Assembly: GCA_965235115.1 (NCBI GenBank)
Contig: OZ249436.1
Span: 28,894,001 to 28,958,000 of the forward strand
Reading direction: 5' to 3'
DNA from: Laetmonice hystrix
Lineage: Eukaryota
Length of the DNA stretch: 64,000 nucleotides
Numbering within the stretch: position 1 is the stretch's first letter; each line of letters opens with the position of its first letter. The translations under genes and the position numbers were made by a program. The notes under the pieces were generated by a model. It made no database searches, had not been told where the DNA came from, and saw nothing but the letters and a program-made list of their open reading frames with translations. Shown in pieces: positions 28,211 to 37,646 of this stretch.

Positions 28211-29260
28211 TGTAAAGTTTAGTGCAGGAGCCACGAGCTTGTTTTCAGTGGTCACCAGTTAGTTGTGTGACAACTAACAAACATACTGCAATTATATTAC
28301 AGTGACACAAAATTTAGAATAACTTAAAGTTACCTTTACCTGGAACTCACCAAGGGCCAAAACAGGAGAGTTCCATCCCGGGCGTGCGTGTGCCCCCAAC
28401 AACAACACAGAGACTGATATGGTGGTGTAGTCAAGTCGAGTCTGTTTTACCTTTATTGCAAGCTGGTATATATACCAAGTTATTGTATAATCACAGTGGA
28501 CTGTAGAATCGCCCTTTGATTCTCACATGGTGTGCTGCATGGACATGGATAATTAGGCCCCGTTCATACAGCGACCATCAGAGCCATCTGGTGGTCTTTT
28601 GGGTTAAGAATATTATAACAAAGTACTGGCGTCGCAGCGCCCTCTATATGATAGTACATACGAGATTGGGTGAACGCAGCCCAAGGCTCACCATCGCCTT
28701 TGCCCGGTCCCCACAGGCCCACCATGACCTTTCCCCGGCGTCCTCAGTATGTATTAAGGGCTGTTCATATTGCAGCCATCAGAGCCACCTGGTGGCCTGA
28801 TACTATATCACTACATTAAAATATATAAGGATAATACAGGCATGGGTATCGTGCGACGATAGTCTGAACGCACCTGGCTACAAGGTTTTCCTGAACCTTG
28901 TACTGCTAATCAGTCATGTGCTGGTCAGTGAACTGGTCAGTGACCCTCTCACTCCTATGATAAGATATTAACATTAACCTCCTGCCAATACAAAACCATT
29001 TTATAGTATAAACCAGACTATAAGACATATTTATATAAGTGCATATTTCTCTGAATACATACCTACGAGTATAATATCTAATATATAGTTTCACATGAAG
29101 GCGGCCAATATAAACTTGTTGTTTGCCATACTACATCATAGTGTAGTTAAACAATGCATAATAAAACATACATAGATCCTAAATAAGTGCCTGATTAATA
29201 TATTATGTCAGGCTAGGAATATATTATAAAATTACAGGCTGTAGGGCTGTATATTTTACA
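28211..29260 (-). repeat. 3' LTR (1050 bp)
   Basis: Direct repeat of 37666-38715 (3 substitutions noticed by eye), TG...CA ends, preceded on the minus strand by a PPT. Confidence 0.98.
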
Positions 29261-29277
29261 TACCTTCCCCACCTTTT
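29261..29277 (-). promoter_or_regulatory. Polypurine tract (second copy at 31351-31367)
   Basis: Minus-strand AAAAGGTGGGGAAGGTA directly abuts the LTR. Confidence 0.9.
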
Positions 29278-29298
29278 AGTTTGATACCAATCTCAAAC

Positions 29299-29669
29299 TT
29301 AAGATAATGATTCTAAAGCCATGGAGGCTGTACGATATGGATATCTGAAATCCATGTCAGTCAACTTAATAGGCGTCTGCACCACATTAAGAGTGTTCGG
29401 TGCAGACGTCGGAATTACATTTGGTACATTAGCCGTATTAACTGGTAATGACTTCTTGGTTCTACACGTAAACCAATAAATGATAAAAATAATAAGTATA
29501 ATAATTAATCCCACTCCGATTCCACCAGTTGGAAGTACAATATGTGGTTTAGGAAGAACCCATCCAGGTGAGTCAGGTTCTCTTTCCTTCCAGTCTTTCA
29601 TGGACAGGAGTGGCACCTCCACTCGTTTGCGAAATGACAGTTTATCGCGCACTTCTGGTGTCACAAATG
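29299..29669 (-). pseudogene. env: env 3' remnant (TM anchor and cytoplasmic tail) in the deleted second unit
   Basis: Matches 31389-31759. Confidence 0.93.
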
Positions 29670-30700
29670 ACTTTCTCAGTCTCCAGTCGCTTCCGGCAGT
29701 CACGAGCAAAATGACCGAGCCCTTGACAGTGATAACATTTTTTGTGGCTTCGACCTTCCATCCCCCTAGTTGATGGGCGTGCTGGTTTGGAGTACCCCGT
29801 CTGCTGTGGTGCTGTCTGTTCATTGACCTCACGTTTCTCGAGGAGCTTGCGGATCGACTTCATTTCACCTTGCACTGTCTTCAATAGTTGGTTGTATTCC
29901 TCCATGGCTCTTTTTTCCACTGTTGGTGGCTTCTTAGTGGGGACCGTCCCTATGTCCATCGGCTCTTCCCCACGGTCTGCGATCTCTGCCAGGCCCACTG
30001 CCCGTGAAGCTGCATTGGCCGAATCTATGGCGCCATCTATGGTGGATGGTCGTTGAAAATGAACTTGCGTTCTTGAGGTCTTATCCCGTAGTCCTTGGAT
30101 GAATTGTTTAATTAGACGTTCCCTTACCAGTGGTAATGCCAACTCCTCCGTGTCATACGCCCTCGTCATTGCTTCCTTATATCGTCTACCATATTCACGG
30201 GTGTCCTCATATGGATTTTGCACTATCTTGTCTACCTTGGCGCGAAGATATTCTTTCTCATCTTCATCCAGGAATGCCTTTATTATGGCGGCCTTTATAT
30301 ATTCCCAGGAACGTTCATCAGGTAGGGATTCAACAATGTAATTTCTCACCATGGTTGCGAGGCTTCCAGTGACGAGGTAGCCCACCATTTCCAGGAGCAA
30401 GTTGTCGGTGGCGTTTACCCATGCACTCGCGTTGTCGATCCCACGGATCCATTCCCGGAGAGCTTCCCTGTTGGTACCATCCGTCACTACCATTCGCTTT
30501 GCATGTTGTTCCAATCTGTGTCGAACTTCCCTGGTGGCTTCCAGATTGAGGCGGTGTTGTTGTAAACGCTGAGACTCGGTTTCGACAGGGGGCTGCCCTT
30601 GCTGTTGTTGTTCCTGCATTTGCTGTTGTTGTAGTTGCTGTTGTTGTAGTTGCTGTTGTTGTAGTTGCTGTTGTTGTAGTTGCTGTTGTTGGTCGTCCAT
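29642..30700 (-). CDS. gag: Second gag copy (352 aa) with a new C-terminus created by the deletion junction
   Basis: Identical to the 36532-37605 protein through the zinc knuckle (CYHCQGLGHFARDCRKRLET), then EKVICDTRSAR*. The frameshift site is lost. Confidence 0.9.
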   Translation of the reverse strand: MDDQQQQLQQQQLQQQQLQQQQLQQQQMQEQQQQGQPPVETESQRLQQHRLNLEATREVRHRLEQHAKRMVVTDGTNREALREWIRGIDNASAWVNATDNLLLEMVGYLVTGSLATMVRNYIVESLPDERSWEYIKAAIIKAFLDEDEKEYLRAKVDKIVQNPYEDTREYGRRYKEAMTRAYDTEELALPLVRERLIKQFIQGLRDKTSRTQVHFQRPSTIDGAIDSANAASRAVGLAEIADRGEEPMDIGTVPTKKPPTVEKRAMEEYNQLLKTVQGEMKSIRKLLEKREVNEQTAPQQTGYSKPARPSTRGMEGRSHKKCYHCQGLGHFARDCRKRLETEKVICDTRSAR

Positions 30701-30741
30701 CTTTGTAGGTTGTGGGTGGTGTCCTCACGGAATTCACAACA

Positions 30742-30759
30742 GTCCCATCGTGGTCACCA
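30742..30759 (-). promoter_or_regulatory. Second (internal) primer-binding site
   Basis: Minus-strand TGGTGACCACGATGGGAC, 1 nt after the middle LTR; identical to 37647-37664. Confidence 0.88.
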
Positions 30760-30760
30760 A

Positions 30761-31350
30761 TGTAAAGTTTAGTGCAGGAGCCACGAGCTTGTTTTCAGTG
30801 GTCACCAGTTAGTTGTGTGACAACTAACAAACATATTGCAATTATATTACAGTGACACAAAATTTAGAATAACTTAAAGTTACCTTTACCTGGAACTCAC
30901 CAAGGGCCAAAACAGGAGAGTTCCATCCCGGGCGTGCGTGTGCCCCCAACAACAACACAGAGACTGATATGGTGGTGTAGCTGAACCTTGTACTGCTAAT
31001 CAGTCATGTGCTGGTCAGTGAACTGGTCAGTGACCCTCTCACTCCTATGATAAGATATTAACATTAACCTCCTGCCAATACAAAACCATTTTATAGTATA
31101 AACCAGACTATAAGACATATTTATATAAGTGCATATTTCTCTGAATACATACCTACGAGTATAATATCTAATATATAGTTTCACATGAAGGCGGCCAATA
31201 TAAACTTGTTGTTTGCCATACTACATCATAGTGTAGTTAAACAATGCATAATAAAACATACATAGATCCTAAATAAGTGCCTGATTAATATATTATGTCA
31301 GGCTAGGAATATATTATAAAATTACAGGCTGTAGGGCTGTATATTTTACA
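30761..31350 (-). repeat. Internal LTR (590 bp) with a 460-bp deletion
   Basis: Same ends as the other LTRs. The junction GGTGTAG|CTGAACC at 30980/30981 removes the equivalent of 28431-28890. Confidence 0.97.
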
Positions 31351-31388
31351 TACCTTCCCCACCTTTTAGTTTGATACCAATCTCAAAC

Positions 31389-33224
31389 TTAAGATAATGA
31401 TTCTAAAGCCATGGAGGCTGTACGATATGGATATCTGAAATCCATGTCAGTCAACTTAATAGGCGTCTGCACCACATTAAGAGTGTTCGGTGCAGACGTC
31501 GGAATTACATTTGGTACATTAGCCGTATTAACTGGTAATGACTTCTTGGTTCTACACGTAAACCAATAAATGATAAAAATAATAAGTATAATAATTAATC
31601 CCACTCCGATTCCACCAGTTGGAAGTACAATATGTGGTTTAGGAAGAACCCATCCAGGTGAGTCAGGTTCTCTTTCCTTCCAGTCTTTCATGGACAGGAG
31701 TGGCACCTCCACTCGTTTGCGAAATGACAGTTTATCGCGCACTTCTGGTGTCACAAATGTTGGCCAGGTGAGATTAAGACGAGGGACTGGACGAAGTACT
31801 GGTGGTCGTACATGCATCGTGCTTTGTCCCAGTTGAAAACCACGAGTTCTCCAATGTGGTCCCTCTAGAATACACCCGCCGGGCACCTTGGTCCGCTGAG
31901 GACCCATCATGTCCCAATAACGTGCCGGCTGGCCTATACACCTTAACACTACCTTAGTAGGAAAATATGTCACAATGACCACAGAGTTCGGGTTATCAGC
32001 GTCTCGGACTATGTCCACGGAGTGATTGGACCGTTTCGAGATTAATATAGTACAATTGGGTGATATCAACCCATTCACCAATGCCTCCTCACAAGAGGTC
32101 ATAAAATATTCCTTCTCCGGTTGACATACCAATGGAGCATGTCCTGCACAAGAATCCGGAGCAAACGACGTGGCAGAGGTCGTGCTGACCACAATATTAT
32201 TTCGACCTGAAAAACTTCGTACATGATCCTCATCATGCGGAACCTTGAAATATTTTAAAGAAAACCGTAAATACTTCCCATTCGTCACTCCTGGGATTAC
32301 CACACGGAAAGCAAACTCTCCATTACGGTTCCATAACAATTCCGTATGGATGAATTGATAGTACCAGTCAAGATTCAATGTTTGATGCCCACGCTGGTTA
32401 AGTTCATTAATAATCTCCATTAAGTACCGTGGAGGTAATACCTCTTTCGTCAACCAACCTTGTTGTAATTGAAAAACCTGTTCGTTAAAAATACGCTTTT
32501 GTGTATGAAAATCCCGAATCGCAAACTCCATCTGTTCAATGGTTTGGTCAATTTGTCTCTGTAAAGTCAATTTTCCCATATATAGCTGCAAAGCCTGAAC
32601 TTTTCGTGCATTCGTACTTGCTAGTGTATAAAGTTTACTTGTTTCAGTTTGCAATTCTCTTAAATCCTGTCTATTTTCTCGAATATATCTCCGCGTTTGA
32701 TTTACAATACTTAACATATGGGAAGCTTCATGGTGAAGGATAGTCATTTTCTGACGAGTTTTGTCCAGAGCTGATTTCAGAATGTTAATATCATCGACGG
32801 TAGCAGTGCCGAACAATGCCTTGCTCAACTTCCCGACAAAGTTAATCAAGCCACGTCTGACTCGAGTGGGGCGACCGGTCGGGGGGGTCACACCACCAAG
32901 CCGGACGCTTGTTCCGACATCGAGATCCCGCCTCTTATCTAACGAATTTAAACGGAAATACCAGTTGGATTTGTCGATAGAAGTCACTTGGGTTTCAGCT
33001 TTAGAAATGGCACGTTTTACATCTGCTGTCCATCCTGAAACGTTCGGACGGAACGGAGGGTGCACCACGATCACAGCTGTCCATAGGGCCGACACGATTC
33101 TTGCTTCTCCCTTCTCCTCTACTAGAACGCCATCTTCTGTAAACAAATCGGCCGTCACTGGTCTCCCCCTGAAGATGAGGTAGAGGACGGTACACCACAG
33201 AAGGCCGCAACCGTAGCGATGCAT
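31389..33224 (-). CDS. env: Envelope glycoprotein, baculovirus-F/errantivirus-type class I fusion protein (611 aa)
   Basis: N-terminal signal-like segment; furin site RVRR followed by fusion peptide GLINFVGKLSKALFGTATVDD; heptad-rich region; Cys-rich region; NxS/T sequons; C-terminal TM IGVGLIIILIIFIIYWF. Lies between pol and the PPT. Confidence 0.93.
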   Translation of the reverse strand: MHRYGCGLLWCTVLYLIFRGRPVTADLFTEDGVLVEEKGEARIVSALWTAVIVVHPPFRPNVSGWTADVKRAISKAETQVTSIDKSNWYFRLNSLDKRRDLDVGTSVRLGGVTPPTGRPTRVRRGLINFVGKLSKALFGTATVDDINILKSALDKTRQKMTILHHEASHMLSIVNQTRRYIRENRQDLRELQTETSKLYTLASTNARKVQALQLYMGKLTLQRQIDQTIEQMEFAIRDFHTQKRIFNEQVFQLQQGWLTKEVLPPRYLMEIINELNQRGHQTLNLDWYYQFIHTELLWNRNGEFAFRVVIPGVTNGKYLRFSLKYFKVPHDEDHVRSFSGRNNIVVSTTSATSFAPDSCAGHAPLVCQPEKEYFMTSCEEALVNGLISPNCTILISKRSNHSVDIVRDADNPNSVVIVTYFPTKVVLRCIGQPARYWDMMGPQRTKVPGGCILEGPHWRTRGFQLGQSTMHVRPPVLRPVPRLNLTWPTFVTPEVRDKLSFRKRVEVPLLSMKDWKEREPDSPGWVLPKPHIVLPTGGIGVGLIIILIIFIIYWFTCRTKKSLPVNTANVPNVIPTSAPNTLNVVQTPIKLTDMDFRYPYRTASMALESLS

Positions 33225-36200
33225 CTTCTTTTTGCTTCAAACTGTTCCTCCGAGCTGGGCCGTTTTCGTGGGCGTAACCTCATGTGGTACTGGGACTTCG
33301 CTGGTACTGGGTTGTGCTCCGAGAACCGGCGTCGTTTTGTAGCTCGCCTCGGATGGTGGATAATGCTATCATCCTCATTGCTGATAGGAACTGAAACATC
33401 AGGTTGTAGGTCATGACCTTGGCCATTGTCTGGTGGCTGGATAAGGACTTGTTTCCTTTGTGTCCGGGTCATACGAGGACGCAGGCCATCCCAGTTCACG
33501 TCAGGGTCGACTAGCCGTACTTTGCATCGGTTCACTGTTCTTCTTTTGTTTTGCGGTCCCACTGCAGTGATAACGGGCCCTTGGATCCTCGTGACGACAT
33601 ACCCAGGATCCCAACTAGGGTCGAGGGAGGCACCTTCATGCACTAGTAACATCACGTGGTCTCCTACTGTGAGGGATCCCGCATTGGCTTGTCTTTGGAG
33701 ACGGTCCCTATTGTACCTGCGGCTTTCTTCGGTACAACGTGCTGCTTCTTTAAATGCCTTACTTAGTTCATCGATTCGAGCGGCAAGGATGTCTGTCTTA
33801 TTGCCCTCGGTTCGCTCGAGGAGCCTCTTGTAGGGCACTGGCGGTGGTCGGCCATACTGTAGGTAGTAAGGTGAGTATCCAGTTACTACGGAAGTACTCA
33901 CCCTGTGTGCCCACAAGGCTGGCCCCAAGCATTCTTCCCACTCGTGACTTCGGGCGTTGACCAGTTTGCGCAACAACTCCTTCAGGGTCCTGTGGAAACG
34001 TTCGATTTTCCCATTAGTTTGTGGGTGATATGGAGTTGTGTGTCTGACCTCTACTCCCAGGCGTTTGAGGTAGCCCACTACTAGATTGTTACGGAACTCT
34101 AAACCACGGTCAGTGATCATCACTTCGGGTGACCCATAGCGAGGGATGTACTCTGATTCTAAGTACTTTAAAACATTTGCCGCGCTCTTCTGAGGGAGTG
34201 GTTTCACTTCAACCCATCCAGTGGCATGGTCGATCACTGTTAACATGTACTTGTTTCCATTTGGTGATGTTGGGAATGGTCCACAGATGTCCATTCCGAC
34301 AACCTGACAGGGGTACTGCGCTATCGGCATGTCCATCGGTGGTGGTGTTTCCGTTGTAGTTTTATTAACCTGGCATTTGGCGCAATGAGATAAGACGTGG
34401 TAGGTATCCCTCCTCTGCTTGGGCCACTTGTATGCTTCTTGGATCCGATATAGCGTCTTCTGCATTCCCTGATGGCCTACTTCTGCATGAGCCCTTCTCA
34501 CCACACGGAAACGTGCACTAGGAGGTAAGACGAGCCGAGGATATTCTGCTTGGCCGGGTGGTGCTTTCAGGGTGTAGAGCAATCCATCATGGATGACATA
34601 ATCGTTGTCACCTTCCTTCCCCTGGAGGTATTCCTCCATGGTTTCTTGCTCCTTACGAACTTCTTCCTTCTCCAGCTCATCGAATTCCCATGGTATGTCT
34701 TCTCCTACGATGGCACCCAGGTTGTGAGCTTGCTCCAGGTTGTCAGTGTGACCTTTATGTGGTTTTATCCTTGATAACATATCGGCACGGATGTTGTTTG
34801 GCCCCTTTCGATATTGAATTGGAGCCCCATATTCTGCAAGTAAGACAGCCCATCGTTGGATCTTGGTGTTGTTGATCTCTGAGAGAAATAACGACTTCAA
34901 TGGCTTATGGTCTGTGAAGATAGTGAACTCTGAAGAATAAAGATAGGGGCGGAGTTTCTTCAAGGCATAGATCACTGCATAGGCCTCCTTTTCGATTGTT
35001 GCCCAACGAAGTTGAGCCCCGGATAGTTGCTTCGAGATATACTGTATTGGACGTTCAACACCATCATCGTCTTCCTGTACTAAAATGGCCCCTATTGCAT
35101 AATCACAGGCATCAGTATAGAGTTTATATGGCTTATTCAACTGTGGATAAGCCATCACACTGTCGGAGGTCAACAGTTCACGCAGGTGCACCCACGCCTC
35201 CTCCTGTTCCTTAGCCCACTTAAATTGCACATTCTTCTTTGTGAGTTGAACGAGGGGGTGAGACACTTTGGCATAGTTAGGAATGCACTGACGATAGTAT
35301 CCAGTCATTCCCAAAAAGGACCGAACACCTTTTACAGTTTGTGGTGCTGCCATCTGTCGGATTGCATTTGTCTTGTCCGGATCTGCACTAATACCGTTGG
35401 GCGTTATGATATATCCCAGCAATCGGAGCTCCTGGGCCCCAATGGTACATTTAGATGGTTTCACTTTCAGACCATATGACTTCAATGCTTCGAGTACTAG
35501 TTTAAGATGCTCCTCATGCTCTTCCTCTGTGCGGCTGAATATAACTACGTCATCAATAAAAACTAACACAAACTGGCCAAGGTAGGGTGCAAGCACCTTG
35601 TTCATTAGCCGTTGAAATACTGATGGTGCATTGGTTAGTCCAAACGGCATGCGTTTAAACTGAAACAACCCTCGATGGCACGCGAAGGCTGTTTTCTCTA
35701 CACTGTTGTCGTCCATCTTGATCTGCCAGTACCCACTTTTAAGATCTAGCGTGCTGAAGATCTTACTACCTGATAAGGTATCAAAAATGTCTTGGATTAA
35801 CGGAAGTGGGTGAGCATCTTTTTTGGTAATCGAGTTTAACTGGCGATAATCCACACAAAAACGCATGGTACCATCCTTTTTAGGCACTAATAGTAGAGGC
35901 GAAGCCCAAGGAGAGCTGCTAGGTTCGATGATGTCTTCACTTAGCATTTTCTCGATCTCTTCGTCTACCACCTTTCGTTTCGCTAATGGGAGCCGATAAA
36001 GTCGCTGCCTAATGGGGGAGTTCTCACCTGTGTCTATGGACATCTCGACTGCATCAGTGCACCCCAAGGCCATTCCTTCGGTGGCGAAGACACTGGGGTA
36101 GGCTTGAATCCACCGATCCATTTCGGAGTACACTGCTGCCACCTGTCTGTCTCCATCTCCTGCGATTCTGTATCTATGTGTGTTTCCTTGGAAGAACACT

Positions 36201-36484
36201 TTCCGTTTCTTGTAGCTAATCTCCGCGTCTAAGGCTTCCAGGATATCAGTGCCGAATAATGCATCGTGTTGTAATTTGTCATTGACATAAAATTCTACGT
36301 TTTTACCATATACAGGTACGACAGTTTTCCCTCTCGTAAGGATGGGCGCACCACCTAGACCTCGGAGCTTCACTCCAGGGGTCGTCAGTGGTTCCCGATG
36401 ACTATTTCGACAAATAGCAATCCACTTATTTGTCCTGATTAAAGATTTGCTGGCACCGGTATCTATCAAAATGTTCATCCTCAC
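33155..36484 (-). CDS. pol: Pol polyprotein (protease, RT, RNase H, integrase); the frame stays open upstream to the frameshift site at ~36535
   Basis: LIDTGAS (PR); SPWASP..VPKKDG..CVDYR.LN, LDLKSGYWQ, MPFGL.NAP and FIDD (RT); TDACDYAIGA, EKE and TDHKPL (RH); H-x4-H...C-x2-C, MDICGP, TDRG.EF and ERFHRTL (IN). Gypsy domain order, no stops. Confidence 0.98.
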   Translation of the reverse strand: MRMNILIDTGASKSLIRTNKWIAICRNSHREPLTTPGVKLRGLGGAPILTRGKTVVPVYGKNVEFYVNDKLQHDALFGTDILEALDAEISYKKRKVFFQGNTHRYRIAGDGDRQVAAVYSEMDRWIQAYPSVFATEGMALGCTDAVEMSIDTGENSPIRQRLYRLPLAKRKVVDEEIEKMLSEDIIEPSSSPWASPLLLVPKKDGTMRFCVDYRQLNSITKKDAHPLPLIQDIFDTLSGSKIFSTLDLKSGYWQIKMDDNSVEKTAFACHRGLFQFKRMPFGLTNAPSVFQRLMNKVLAPYLGQFVLVFIDDVVIFSRTEEEHEEHLKLVLEALKSYGLKVKPSKCTIGAQELRLLGYIITPNGISADPDKTNAIRQMAAPQTVKGVRSFLGMTGYYRQCIPNYAKVSHPLVQLTKKNVQFKWAKEQEEAWVHLRELLTSDSVMAYPQLNKPYKLYTDACDYAIGAILVQEDDDGVERPIQYISKQLSGAQLRWATIEKEAYAVIYALKKLRPYLYSSEFTIFTDHKPLKSLFLSEINNTKIQRWAVLLAEYGAPIQYRKGPNNIRADMLSRIKPHKGHTDNLEQAHNLGAIVGEDIPWEFDELEKEEVRKEQETMEEYLQGKEGDNDYVIHDGLLYTLKAPPGQAEYPRLVLPPSARFRVVRRAHAEVGHQGMQKTLYRIQEAYKWPKQRRDTYHVLSHCAKCQVNKTTTETPPPMDMPIAQYPCQVVGMDICGPFPTSPNGNKYMLTVIDHATGWVEVKPLPQKSAANVLKYLESEYIPRYGSPEVMITDRGLEFRNNLVVGYLKRLGVEVRHTTPYHPQTNGKIERFHRTLKELLRKLVNARSHEWEECLGPALWAHRVSTSVVTGYSPYYLQYGRPPPVPYKRLLERTEGNKTDILAARIDELSKAFKEAARCTEESRRYNRDRLQRQANAGSLTVGDHVMLLVHEGASLDPSWDPGYVVTRIQGPVITAVGPQNKRRTVNRCKVRLVDPDVNWDGLRPRMTRTQRKQVLIQPPDNGQGHDLQPDVSVPISNEDDSIIHHPRRATKRRRFSEHNPVPAKSQYHMRLRPRKRPSSEEQFEAKRRCIATVAAFCGVPSSTSSSGGDQ

Positions 36485-36541
36485 TCCTGCTAATTCAATA
36501 AAGATACATATGCGGTGATCCGGTGCCCGTCTTAGTTTAAA
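36452..36541 (-). promoter_or_regulatory. -1 programmed ribosomal frameshift signal (U UUA AAC plus downstream stem)
   Basis: gag ends GAT TTA AAC TAA. The -1 frame reads KLRRAPDHRICIFIELAGVRMNILIDTG into pol. GGCACCGG starts 7 nt after the heptamer and can pair with CCGGTGCC (plus-strand positions 36520-36527 and 36452-36459). Confidence 0.85.
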
Positions 36542-37605
36542 TCTAAACGCTTCATTTGTGACTCCACAGCAGCCTGCACGGCAGTCTCCAGTCGCTTCCG
36601 GCAGTCACGAGCAAAATGACCGAGCCCTTGACAGTGATAACATTTTTTGTGGCTTCGACCTTCCATCCCCCTAGTTGATGGGCGTGCTGGTTTGGAGTAC
36701 CCCGTCTGCTGTGGTGCTGTCTGTTCATTGACCTCACGTTTCTCGAGGAGCTTGCGGATCGACTTCATTTCACCTTGCACTGTCTTCAATAGTTGGTTGT
36801 ATTCCTCCATGGCTCTTTTTTCCACTGTTGGTGGCTTCTTAGTGGGGACCGTCCCTATGTCCATCGGCTCTTCCCCACGGTCTGCGATCTCTGCCAGGCC
36901 CACTGCCCGTGAAGCTGCATTGGCCGAATCTATGGCGCCATCTATGGTGGATGGTCGTTGAAAATGAACTTGCGTTCTTGAGGTCTTATCCCGTAGTCCT
37001 TGGATGAATTGTTTAATTAGACGTTCCCTTACCAGTGGTAATGCCAACTCCTCCGTGTCATACGCCCTCGTCATTGCTTCCTTATATCGTCTACCATATT
37101 CACGGGTGTCCTCATATGGATTTTGCACTATCTTGTCTACCTTGGCGCGAAGATATTCTTTCTCATCTTCATCCAGGAATGCCTTTATTATGGCGGCCTT
37201 TATATATTCCCAGGAACGTTCATCAGGTAGGGATTCAACAATGTAATTTCTCACCATGGTTGCGAGGCTTCCAGTGACGAGGTAGCCCACCATTTCCAGG
37301 AGCAAGTTGTCGGTGGCGTTTACCCATGCACTCGCGTTGTCGATCCCACGGATCCATTCCCGGAGAGCTTCCCTGTTGGTACCATCCGTCACTACCATTC
37401 GCTTTGCATGTTGTTCCAATCTGTGTCGAACTTCCCTGGTGGCTTCCAGATTGAGGCGGTGTTGTTGTAAACGCTGAGACTCGGTTTCGACAGGGGGCTG
37501 CCCTTGCTGTTGTTGTTCCTGCATTTGCTGTTGTTGTAGTTGCTGTTGTTGTAGTTGCTGTTGTTGTAGTTGCTGTTGTTGTAGTTGCTGTTGTTGGTCG
37601 TCCAT
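36532..37605 (-). CDS. gag: Gag (357 aa) with N-terminal (QQQQL)n tract and one CCHC zinc knuckle
   Basis: First long ORF after the PBS; Q..YE...EY..R major-homology-like segment; EEPMDIG; CX2CX4HX4C. Confidence 0.95.
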   Translation of the reverse strand: MDDQQQQLQQQQLQQQQLQQQQLQQQQMQEQQQQGQPPVETESQRLQQHRLNLEATREVRHRLEQHAKRMVVTDGTNREALREWIRGIDNASAWVNATDNLLLEMVGYLVTGSLATMVRNYIVESLPDERSWEYIKAAIIKAFLDEDEKEYLRAKVDKIVQNPYEDTREYGRRYKEAMTRAYDTEELALPLVRERLIKQFIQGLRDKTSRTQVHFQRPSTIDGAIDSANAASRAVGLAEIADRGEEPMDIGTVPTKKPPTVEKRAMEEYNQLLKTVQGEMKSIRKLLEKREVNEQTAPQQTGYSKPARPSTRGMEGRSHKKCYHCQGLGHFARDCRKRLETAVQAAVESQMKRLDLN

Positions 37606-37646
37606 CTTTGTAGGTTGTGGGTGGTGTCCTCACGGAATTCACAACA

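Noticed and set aside
28516..29094. ORFs within the LTRs and antisense ORFs across gag/pol/env
   Set aside because: Short, no motifs, often non-ATG starts; explained as shadow frames.
30330..30737. Thr-rich ORF overlapping gag (also 37235-37642)
   Set aside because: Alternative-frame reading of the CAA/CAG poly-Q repeat.
29661..30990. The two internal deletions as products of RNA splicing
   Set aside because: Neither junction has GT..AG ends on the sense strand, and one carries a 7-nt filler.
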